Source: a virus
Lineage: Duplodnaviria > Heunggongvirae > Uroviricota > Caudoviricetes
DNA: 5,688 bases
Reading direction: 5' to 3' (one strand)
IMG/VR virus record: IMGVR_UViG_2681813269_000003
Span: 1 to 5,688 of that record
The translations under genes and the position numbers were made by a program. The notes under the pieces were generated by a model. That model saw nothing but the letters and a program-made list of their open reading frames with translations, did no database searches and was not told where the DNA came from. Below are positions 1-5,417 of this stretch, piece by piece; the stretch's first letter is position 1, and every line of letters starts with the position of its first letter.

Positions 1-22
1 TCCTGTGCCGTTTTTCAGGTAT

Positions 23-44
23 AAAAAAACCCGCATAAAGCGGG
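23..44 (-). terminator. Rho-independent terminator downstream of Q (tR'-like)
   Basis: All-GC 5-bp stem cccgc (30-34) / gcggg (40-44) with 5-nt loop ataaa. On the minus strand it is followed directly by a run of 7 U (plus-strand A-run 23-29). It lies about 80 nt downstream of the Q stop codon at 124-126. Confidence 0.5.
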
Positions 45-123
45 CTCTTTCAAATGTCCATGTCTGCTATTCGCCTCGCGGTACAGCTTTGCGAAGCGTA
101 CAAGAATTGAAGCAGTTTTTACG

Positions 124-678
124 TCAAAAAGCAATAACTTTTTTCTCTATACCAAAAGCCATAACCATTGGTTTGTACAAAATAAATTCTGCCACCTTTA
201 GCCAATGCTCAATGCGTCTTTCACAGGTTCTTAAACTCCATTTCGGGTGTGCATCATTCAGCAGTTCAGCCATTTTGCGTTTGGTCATCCCCCGCCCCTC
301 ATACCGTTGCCGAAGGACGCTAATCAATCCTGGATGCTCTGCCAGCACCTCACTTATGACCCGATCAATACATAACGCCTCTGCATCAGTACAATGCGCC
401 AGCCAGCTCTTTTGCTTACCGTTAATCATATCCCGCAAAAAAGCCTCAAGTTCAGACTTGTTCAGACCTGCTTTTTTCATCCTCCGGAGCGCCTCGTTAA
501 TTGCCGTTTTTGTCAGCTTTTTAGAGGTCAACATCAGGTTAAACATATTCCCCGTCTTACCGCCACCAATATACGACCAGCGCCCCCACATACGTAGTTT
601 TCCCTGAATCCAGACACTTTCCAGCGTGGTGAGACGAAGGTGTTCTCCGCTTTTTCCTGTATTCGTTGGGTAAATCAT
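124..678 (-). CDS. Phage late-gene antitermination protein Q (Q82/QuuD-type, Phage_antitermQ-like)
   Basis: 184-aa ORF starting at the ATG at 676-678, preceded by SD GGAGGGA (revcomp of 685-691); the ATG overlaps the upstream gene's TGA as ATGA. N-terminal region carries a W-G-x-W motif (LRMWGRW) as I recall from QuuD-type Q proteins; C-terminus (MTKRKMAELLNDAHPKWSLRTCERRIEHWL) looks like a sigma region-4-type HTH. Position after the nin-like genes and before a terminator matches lambdoid Q. The track's longer 224-aa start at 798 is rejected because it overlaps the upstream gene and lacks an RBS. Confidence 0.6.
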   Translation of the reverse strand: MIYPTNTGKSGEHLRLTTLESVWIQGKLRMWGRWSYIGGGKTGNMFNLMLTSKKLTKTAINEALRRMKKAGLNKSELEAFLRDMINGKQKSWLAHCTDAEALCIDRVISEVLAEHPGLISVLRQRYEGRGMTKRKMAELLNDAHPKWSLRTCERRIEHWLKVAEFILYKPMVMAFGIEKKVIAF

Positions 679-965
679 AAATATCCCTCCTTTCTCCAGA
701 TTTCTTGTGTGCGAAAAACACCTTCTGCATGCATCAGGCGTAATTCTTCTTTGGTGTAATCGCTGGTTTTTACCCGCCCGTCGATTAAATCGTGGCACGA
801 GCTACAGGCAATCGCTGCCTGCATATCGTGTGGCTTTATCGCTGTTCCGCACGTTCCCGCCAGTCGGTAATGCGCCAGCACAGACGTTTCCGGATCGTGA
901 TTGCAGTAGCCAGGAATTCTGACGGTGCACATCTGCCCCCGCGCCGCTTTACGTAAATCCACCAT
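675..965 (-). CDS. DUF1364 family protein (YbcO-like putative nuclease, nin region)
   Basis: 96-aa ORF, ATG at 963-965 with SD GGAG about 10 nt upstream. Conserved pattern DLRKAARG..C.VRIPG.CN..PETSVLAH.RL.G.CG...KP.D..A.IACS.CHD.ID.R matches my recollection of E. coli DLP12 YbcO (also 96 aa). Its start overlaps the upstream stop (TAATG) and its stop overlaps the Q start (ATGA). Confidence 0.75.
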   Translation of the reverse strand: MVDLRKAARGQMCTVRIPGYCNHDPETSVLAHYRLAGTCGTAIKPHDMQAAIACSSCHDLIDGRVKTSDYTKEELRLMHAEGVFRTQEIWRKEGYL

Positions 966-1564
966 TACGCAAACTCCAGCAGCTGCGCGGCCACATTTTC
1001 GACTTGTTCCGGAGAGGAAAATTTACGGAACAGAATCCAGTTCCACAGCACATTCAGAACAGATTTATAAACCTGCTGAAACTCGGTTTCGTCCATATTC
1101 GCAAAAGCGATGGATTTTGCCCGACGCCCGCGGCTACCGTCCGGATAAAAATGTTCGGTGTAAAATCCAGCCTGAATGGTTACCCACTCGCGAAAAGCCT
1201 CAAACGACTTTAGCAATGCCGTATCCCGGGTTCTGCGTGTCGCAACTGTATTCAGATATTGCTCTGCGGCTTCGCTCAGAGCTGGCGTATGTTCCCGACC
1301 TACTGATTCGCACAGGTAATCAACGAAACCAGACAGCAGTTCTCGTTCGCGAGGCGTGATCGCCCCACCGACCGGAGTCCAGTAATCGAAACCCAGTTGC
1401 AGGAGTTTGAAAAAACGCTTGTGGAATGCGTAGTTACACACACGCTTAAAGTCTGCGTGTATCCACTCACCTATTTTGATTTGATGCAGAAAATCGCAAC
1501 TCTCCGGCGTCGCCGGGAGAAGTAATCCGGAAGAGGTTTGTTTGACCAGTTGTATATGTGCCAT
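965..1564 (-). CDS. Phage nin-region hypothetical protein (DUF1367-like, tentative)
   Basis: 199-aa ORF from the ATG at 1562-1564 (MAHIQLVKQ...), with SD GGAGA 6 nt upstream. The track's longer form begins at a TTG at 1604-1606 that overlaps the upstream stop and is not favoured. Translationally coupled to the downstream DUF1364 gene. Family name is from memory of gene neighbourhoods, not a verified match. Confidence 0.6.
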   Translation of the reverse strand: MAHIQLVKQTSSGLLLPATPESCDFLHQIKIGEWIHADFKRVCNYAFHKRFFKLLQLGFDYWTPVGGAITPRERELLSGFVDYLCESVGREHTPALSEAAEQYLNTVATRRTRDTALLKSFEAFREWVTIQAGFYTEHFYPDGSRGRRAKSIAFANMDETEFQQVYKSVLNVLWNWILFRKFSSPEQVENVAAQLLEFA

Positions 1565-1602
1565 CGGCTTTCTCCGGTGGCACGGTGTTACACAGCAGGA
1601 GT

Positions 1603-1890
1603 TCAATCCTGCTCAAGATTGTAGATGAGTTTATTCTTCAGCAAAAGCAGAAAACCAGCCTTAAAACCAATCTCTTTCAAAACCCGTAATGATGTGACAA
1701 ATTCGTCCTCACGCAAAATAAAACCGTCCGTCAGAAGTCCATTACAAAAATAAAATAACACAGCACCGCTCTTCCTTTGTTGAGATTGCAAACATCTAAT
1801 GCGGCAATGGCTGACAATCGCTCCATTCTCAACGCGCACAGCATAGAGGCCATTTTCACTAAAAATTTCACGCAATTCTTCGATTTTCAT
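1603..1890 (-). CDS. Hypothetical protein, 95 aa (AT-rich moron; positional equivalent of rem in the Qin prophage)
   Basis: ATG at 1888-1890 with SD GGAAGG 8-9 nt upstream; single clean ORF. Visibly AT-rich relative to flanking genes. Sits between hok and the nin-like genes, where K-12 Qin carries rem, but I cannot verify sequence homology. Confidence 0.5.
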   Translation of the reverse strand: MKIEELREIFSENGLYAVRVENGAIVSHCRIRCLQSQQRKSGAVLFYFCNGLLTDGFILREDEFVTSLRVLKEIGFKAGFLLLLKNKLIYNLEQD

Positions 1891-1971
1891 CTTCAGAATC
1901 CTTCCAGATAAATAGCTCTCCCCTGTTCGGGGTCCATCCCTCTTCTCCCTGCGCGCTACTTAAGTGAGTCG

Positions 1972-1999
1972 ATTCTATCTGCGAAGGTGCGCGAATCAA
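1972..1999 (-). promoter_or_regulatory. Putative sigma70 promoter for the 95-aa ORF and downstream nin/Q genes
   Basis: On the minus strand: -35 TTGATT (plus 1994-1999), 16-nt spacer, -10 TAGAAT (plus 1972-1977). The same hexamer pair occurs in the putative hok promoter. Confidence 0.3.
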
Positions 2000-2016
2000 A
2001 TTCACCGGAAATAAAC

Positions 2017-2064
2017 AACAAAAAACCCGCCGAAACGCTGAGAGATCACAGCGATGGGCGGGTT
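2017..2064 (-). terminator. Putative intrinsic terminator at the 3' end of the hok mRNA
   Basis: 8-bp stem 2023-2030 (aacccgcc) / 2057-2064 (ggcgggtt) followed on the minus strand by a U-rich run (plus A-run 2017-2024). The loop is large (26 nt), so this is only moderately convincing. An additional strong 8-bp GC hairpin lies at 2105-2130, immediately 3' of the hok stop. Confidence 0.4.
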
Positions 2065-2139
2065 AAGTGCGGGTGCGTTGAGGATGCCTGACACATCAGA
2101 GGTGGGCGGGGATGGGATCAGCTCCCCGCCCGGTCACTC

Positions 2140-2295
2140 TTACTTCCTGGATTCGTAGTCTACGAAGACAGCGACCTCCGTCTGGCCGGTTCGGATTCGT
2201 ACCTCACAGAGGTCTTTCCTCGTTACCAGTGCCGTCACTATGACGGTTAAACAGATGACGATCAGGGCGATTAACATCGCCTTTTGCTGCTTCAT
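2140..2295 (-). CDS. hokD: Hok-family type I toxin (HokD/RelF-like small membrane protein)
   Basis: 51-aa ORF MKQQKAMLIALIVICLTVIVTALVTRKDLCEVRIRTGQTEVAVFVDYESRK, matching my recollection of E. coli HokD/RelF except for the last few residues. ATG at 2293-2295 with SD AAGGAG 9 nt upstream. Confidence 0.85.
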   Translation of the reverse strand: MKQQKAMLIALIVICLTVIVTALVTRKDLCEVRIRTGQTEVAVFVDYESRK

Positions 2296-2352
2296 AGCCT
2301 GCTTCTCCTTGCCTTTCGGCATGTAAGAGGCTAACCTACATGTGCAAAGCAT
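2140..2352 (-). CDS. mok: Mok-like leader ORF (in-frame N-terminal extension of hok, modulator of killing)
   Basis: In-frame ATG at 2350-2352 with its own SD GAGG about 8 nt upstream gives a 70-aa product MLCTCRLASYMPKGKEKQAM + Hok. This resembles my recollection of K-12 MokC (ML.TCR...KEK.AMKQ..., 69 aa, in frame with HokC). Confidence 0.55.
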   Translation of the reverse strand: MLCTCRLASYMPKGKEKQAMKQQKAMLIALIVICLTVIVTALVTRKDLCEVRIRTGQTEVAVFVDYESRK

Positions 2353-2471
2353 GAAATTGGCCTCAGATTAATGTTAAGCGTCTTGCCGGACGCGTAATGT
2401 TAACTGGGGCTTTTCTCTATCTGCCTTTTGGTGTTCATGCCTGAAGCAGATAGCCTCAAGCACCCGCAGTC

Positions 2472-2501
2472 ATTCTACTTACCTCGCCAATATGAAATCA
2501 A
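2472..2501 (-). promoter_or_regulatory. Putative hok/mok mRNA promoter
   Basis: On the minus strand: -35 TTGATT (plus 2496-2501), 18-nt spacer, -10 TAGAAT (plus 2472-2477). The predicted start near 2466 coincides with the 5' element that is complementary to the mRNA 3' end (2454-2467 versus 2069-2083). Confidence 0.4.
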
Positions 2502-2522
2502 TCAGAAAGGTGCCCCATAAAA

Positions 2523-3209
2523 TCACTCCTTCTCTTCTTTACCGTAGTGGAGTTGACCAATTTTGATAAGAGGGCGTCCCTGAGATTTGCGGTGTAGATT
2601 GGTATCGCGCAGAGAATACACACAGCCACAATATTCCTGCTGATAGAATTTTTCGCGCTTGCTGATTTCAATCATACGGGACGAGCCGCCCTGCTTGCGC
2701 CAGTTATAATCCCAGTACACCATGCCCGGATAATGCGCGACGGCTCGCCGCCCACAGTCGTTAACCTGCTGCATATTTTTCCAGCGTGAAATGCCCAGTG
2801 AACTGCTGATCACACTGAAACCATTTTCAGCGGCGTACAGCGCTGTCCGCTCAAAACGCATGTCAAAACACATGGTGCAACGGATCCCTCGTTCGGGCTC
2901 CCATTCCATTCCTTTGGCTCGTTCAAACCAGTTGTCTGTGTCGTAATCAGCATCAATAAACGGCACGCCGTGTTGTTCAGCAAAGCGAATATTCTCATCC
3001 TTACGAATTAAATACTCTTTCTGAGGATGAATGTTCGGGTTGTAGAAAAAGATGGTGTAGTCGATTCCCGAGGCCTGAAGCGCCTCCATCACCTCACCGG
3101 AACATGGAGCACAGCAAGAGTGCAGTAGTAGTTTGTTTGCCCCGTTTGGGAGCTCCAATTTGGGCCGTTTGAAATCAGCAACTGTCATAAATATGTTTAT
3201 TGGGGTCAT
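2523..3209 (-). CDS. queH: QueH-like epoxyqueuosine reductase (DUF208 family)
   Basis: 228-aa ORF with the Cys-rich motifs I associate with QueH: [12 protein letters not shown] near the N-terminus, [11 protein letters not shown] centrally, and [12 protein letters not shown] near the C-terminus. Start codon is uncertain: ATG at 3207-3209 or the ATG at 3186-3188, neither with a good SD. Confidence 0.7.
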   Translation of the reverse strand: MTPINIFMTVADFKRPKLELPNGANKLLLHSCCAPCSGEVMEALQASGIDYTIFFYNPNIHPQKEYLIRKDENIRFAEQHGVPFIDADYDTDNWFERAKGMEWEPERGIRCTMCFDMRFERTALYAAENGFSVISSSLGISRWKNMQQVNDCGRRAVAHYPGMVYWDYNWRKQGGSSRMIEISKREKFYQQEYCGCVYSLRDTNLHRKSQGRPLIKIGQLHYGKEEKE

Positions 3210-3356
3210 AAAAATATCAAAGAGTGTAGCATTAGAACGGGGCTATCGGAAACAGATGTGTGACTGCTCCCCGCCCTTTCGGGTGGTCTCCTGATGATTT
3301 GAGGGTGCAGAAATCCCTCCGGTTAAGGATTAAATTTTTAACAGTGCTAAATTTAA

Positions 3357-3770
3357 TTATTCAGTTCTGGATTTTGTCGCCCTGCGTATCCGCGCTTTCG
3401 CGTTACGCTCAATCTGTATCAGCTTTTCTATATTTCTCCGCCTTTCCTGTTCCTCCTGGCGCAATAGCCTTACATCATCTGCCAGTCTGGTTTCTCTTTT
3501 TGCCACAGAGAGCATCCAGTCAAACGGCTCCACAACCGCACCGCAGATTTTACAGCGGACCTGACGCTCTTTTTCGTCAACCCGTACAGAGGCGTGATGG
3601 CAATATGGTCTTTCCGATGGCTCATAAAGAAAATTAACCTGATTACGAGGGTCATCCTCTTTTACCGGAAATAAAACGATATTGCTTAACTCATCTTGGT
3701 GATGCTGCCAACTTACTGATTTAGTGTATGAGAATGCCAGCGGTAATTGAAGCCTGATAGCTAATTTCAT
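3357..3770 (-). CDS. Hypothetical phage protein with putative zinc ribbon (C-H-H ... C-x-x-C) and basic coiled-coil C-terminus
   Basis: 137-aa ORF with ATG at 3768-3770 immediately after the upstream stop (TGAATG) and a strong SD AGGAGG about 11 nt upstream. Contains YCHH...(15 aa)...CKICG, followed by a Glu/Arg-rich tail (LLRQEEQERRRNIEKLIQIERNAKARIRR). Confidence 0.55.
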   Translation of the reverse strand: MKLAIRLQLPLAFSYTKSVSWQHHQDELSNIVLFPVKEDDPRNQVNFLYEPSERPYCHHASVRVDEKERQVRCKICGAVVEPFDWMLSVAKRETRLADDVRLLRQEEQERRRNIEKLIQIERNAKARIRRATKSRTE

Positions 3771-4193
3771 TCACAGTATCGCCTCCTGAAAATTACCCTG
3801 ATAGAAAGCCAGTACACGCTGCATAGCTTCGCTCTTCCGGCACTCGCGACAGATTATATTCAGGCGCCTGTCGTAGCGGCGTATTTCTCCGTCAGGTAAT
3901 GACCAGATAAGGTCCGGATCAACAACAACCGGTTTCCTCACCTTTACTCTCGAGAGTTTTTTGCGGGCGCTTTGCCAGTCCTTGCGAGCCTGTTCAGACG
4001 GGAATAAGCCGTAGCCAGAATTATATACATCACCACTTGCGACCAGTTCTATGCATAAGCGACCGACAGACGCACGACTGATACCTGTTTCATCTGACAA
4101 CTGCCGAATCGTGACCCGACCGTCCTGATGCACGAGTTCCACAATTCGCGTCTTCAGTTCTTCCCGCTGTTCGGGAGTAAAAGGTTTCGCCAT
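3771..4193 (-). CDS. Hypothetical winged-helix (HTH) DNA-binding phage protein
   Basis: 140-aa ORF with ATG at 4191-4193 and SD GGAGGA (revcomp of 4197-4202). N-terminal segment IVELVHQDGRVTIRQLSDETGISRASVGRLCIELVASGDV has the pattern of a DeoR/MarR-like winged helix. Translationally coupled to the downstream zinc-ribbon ORF. Confidence 0.65.
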   Translation of the reverse strand: MAKPFTPEQREELKTRIVELVHQDGRVTIRQLSDETGISRASVGRLCIELVASGDVYNSGYGLFPSEQARKDWQSARKKLSRVKVRKPVVVDPDLIWSLPDGEIRRYDRRLNIICRECRKSEAMQRVLAFYQGNFQEAIL

Positions 4194-4207
4194 AAATCCT
4201 CCTGAAA

Positions 4208-4954
4208 CTACTTAACAACCCTCGAATGGCTAACATTCGGACGCCAGCTCTCCCAGTTAAAATTCACCCAGCGCCCGCCGTTCATGACCATGCGATCCAT
4301 CACCCGCTCGCCGAGCAATGTTTTCATCACCTCATAGTTCAGGTTTGTCAGCATCCCCACGCTGCGCATCGACGCTGTCCGGCGATCAACAATCTGGTGC
4401 AGCACCACCTGCTCGTTTTTCGTCTCGCGCTGAATGCCAATTTCATCAAGAACCAGCAGATCCACTTCGCACAGCTCCCGCAAAAATTTTTCGCCTGACT
4501 GCCCGTCGTCATAGCTGGCGTGCAGGGCGCTCATAACATCAGCCACGGTAACCACAATCACTGTCTGACCGTCTTTCAGCAGGCGATTCCCGATAGCTGC
4601 CGCTAAGTGATTCTTCCCGGTACCAGGTTTTCCGCTGAACGCAAAATTTGTACACCCGGTCATCAGTTCATCGGCGATGGATTTCGCCTGGCTTAACGCG
4701 TATCGCTGGCCGTCGTTCTGCACCTGGTAATTCGCAAACGAGCATTTACGGTGCAACGGCTGGATGCCTGAGCGATTCAGAATTTTTTCCACCCGCAACT
4801 GGCGATTCAGGCGGTTGATCTCCTCGCTACGTTTCTGGCCTTCAGCAAGTTGCCACTCGCGCCACTCCGCTACCGTTCTGAATGGGGCGGTTACATGTGG
4901 CGGGGTCAGTCGGCGGATGCGTTCCAGAACGCCGCCTGTCGCAATATTTTTCAT
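4208..4954 (-). CDS. DnaC-family replicative helicase loader (phage replication protein, AAA+ ATPase)
   Basis: 248-aa ORF collinear with E. coli DnaC as I recall it (for example NRSGI.PLH..CSF.NY and MLTN.N.E.M..LLGERVMDRM). Walker A FSGKPGTGKNHLAAAI and Walker B DLLVLDEIG are present. ATG at 4952-4954 with a G-rich SD. It diverges from host DnaC, so it is a prophage paralogue. Confidence 0.9.
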   Translation of the reverse strand: MKNIATGGVLERIRRLTPPHVTAPFRTVAEWREWQLAEGQKRSEEINRLNRQLRVEKILNRSGIQPLHRKCSFANYQVQNDGQRYALSQAKSIADELMTGCTNFAFSGKPGTGKNHLAAAIGNRLLKDGQTVIVVTVADVMSALHASYDDGQSGEKFLRELCEVDLLVLDEIGIQRETKNEQVVLHQIVDRRTASMRSVGMLTNLNYEVMKTLLGERVMDRMVMNGGRWVNFNWESWRPNVSHSRVVK

Positions 4955-4960
4955 GGTCCG

Positions 4961-5296
4961 TTACCCCCTGAAGCCTGGCGGGATCGCACTGTCCGGCAAC
5001 GAGACGGTGTTAACCTGTCGGAGCAACGTCTCAGGCCGAACACCTTTCGGCGCGAACAGGCCCTGGTATTCATTGGCGATGCTGTGTCGAATCACCTGCT
5101 CAGGTGTAAAACCCTGCTGACGGAATTTTTCCAGTTCCCGTATCGCCCCGTTAGCGCCCTGCTCCGTTCGAATCGGTTTTCGCAATGCCTGTCTGAACCG
5201 GACCCACTCATGCCAGAGTGTTTCCGGCAACCAATCGGGCAGCTCAATAGCCTCCGGCTCGAATTTTTTAGACGCTCGTTTTTGGCGAGGGGGAGA
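4961..5296 (-). CDS. DnaT-like primosomal protein C-terminal domain (3' segment of a frame-disrupted replication initiator gene)
   Basis: Open frame from the stop at 5297-5299 down to the TAA at 4961-4963. It ends ...RQVNTVSLPDSAIPPGFRG, matching the E. coli DnaT C-terminus (...NTVSEPDSQIPPGFRG) as I recall it; KKFEPEAIELPDW parallels DnaT KFAMYPDWQPDADF. There is no ATG or GTG in this frame before the TTG at 5228-5230, so translation probably continues from upstream segments. Lies immediately upstream of the dnaC-like gene, as in the host dnaT-dnaC operon. Confidence 0.6.
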   Translation of the reverse strand, partial: SPPRQKRASKKFEPEAIELPDWLPETLWHEWVRFRQALRKPIRTEQGANGAIRELEKFRQQGFTPEQVIRHSIANEYQGLFAPKGVRPETLLRQVNTVSLPDSAIPPGFRG

Positions 5297-5308
5297 TCAG
5301 TATTTAGA

Positions 5309-5347
5309 TCTTCCTCTTCCTCTTCCTCTTCCTCTTCCTCTTCCTCT
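5309..5347. repeat. Hexanucleotide tandem repeat (TCTTCC) x 6.5
   Basis: Directly visible: six full tcttcc units plus tct. On the minus strand one frame encodes 12 consecutive Glu (GAG/GAA alternating). Confidence 0.9.
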
Positions 5348-5417
5348 GGTAACGCTTTTTGATCCGTTTGTGTAACGCTGGCAGCGTTACCTTTTCGTTT
5401 CAGTTCGCGTATTTTTG

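Noticed and set aside
5-607. 200-aa plus-strand ORF
   Set aside because: Fully antisense to the Q gene, with no RBS and an unusual low-complexity translation; looks like a shadow ORF.
124-798. Longer 224-aa version of the Q ORF
   Set aside because: The extension overlaps the DUF1364 gene by about 120 nt and has no RBS; the ATG at 678 has a strong SD and an ATGA overlap with the upstream stop.
925-1359. Plus-strand ORFs 925-1359 and 1004-1213
   Set aside because: Antisense to the DUF1367-like gene, with no RBS or recognisable motifs.
965-1606. 213-aa form of the DUF1367-like ORF
   Set aside because: Begins at a TTG overlapping the upstream stop; the downstream ATG at 1564 has a proper SD.
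2810-2998. 62-aa minus-strand ORF inside the QueH-like gene
   Set aside because: Alternate frame within a gene that carries conserved motifs in the other frame.
3268-3356. GC hairpin (ccgccc tttc gggtgg, 3274-3289) and AT-rich near-palindromic stretch (3327-3356) in the gap between the zinc-ribbon gene and queH
   Set aside because: Neither strand has a U-run after the hairpin, so it is not a convincing terminator, and no clear promoter hexamers were found; possibly a regulatory or IHF-type site but unsupported.
3260-3637. 125-aa plus-strand ORF, and the 61-aa minus-strand ORF at 3470-3655
   Set aside because: Overlap the zinc-ribbon gene in other frames, with no RBS; the 125-aa product is hydrophobic and low-complexity, consistent with an antisense artefact.
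5309-5347. Possibility that the tandem repeat is a CRISPR array or minisatellite element
   Set aside because: Units are 6 nt with no spacers; this is a simple-sequence repeat inside a coding region.
4226-5362. Plus-strand ORFs 4226-4498, 4318-4536, 4764-5120 and 4850-5362 (the last with a poly-Ser tail)
   Set aside because: All are antisense to the dnaC-like and dnaT-like genes; the poly-Ser run is simply the hexamer repeat read on the opposite strand.
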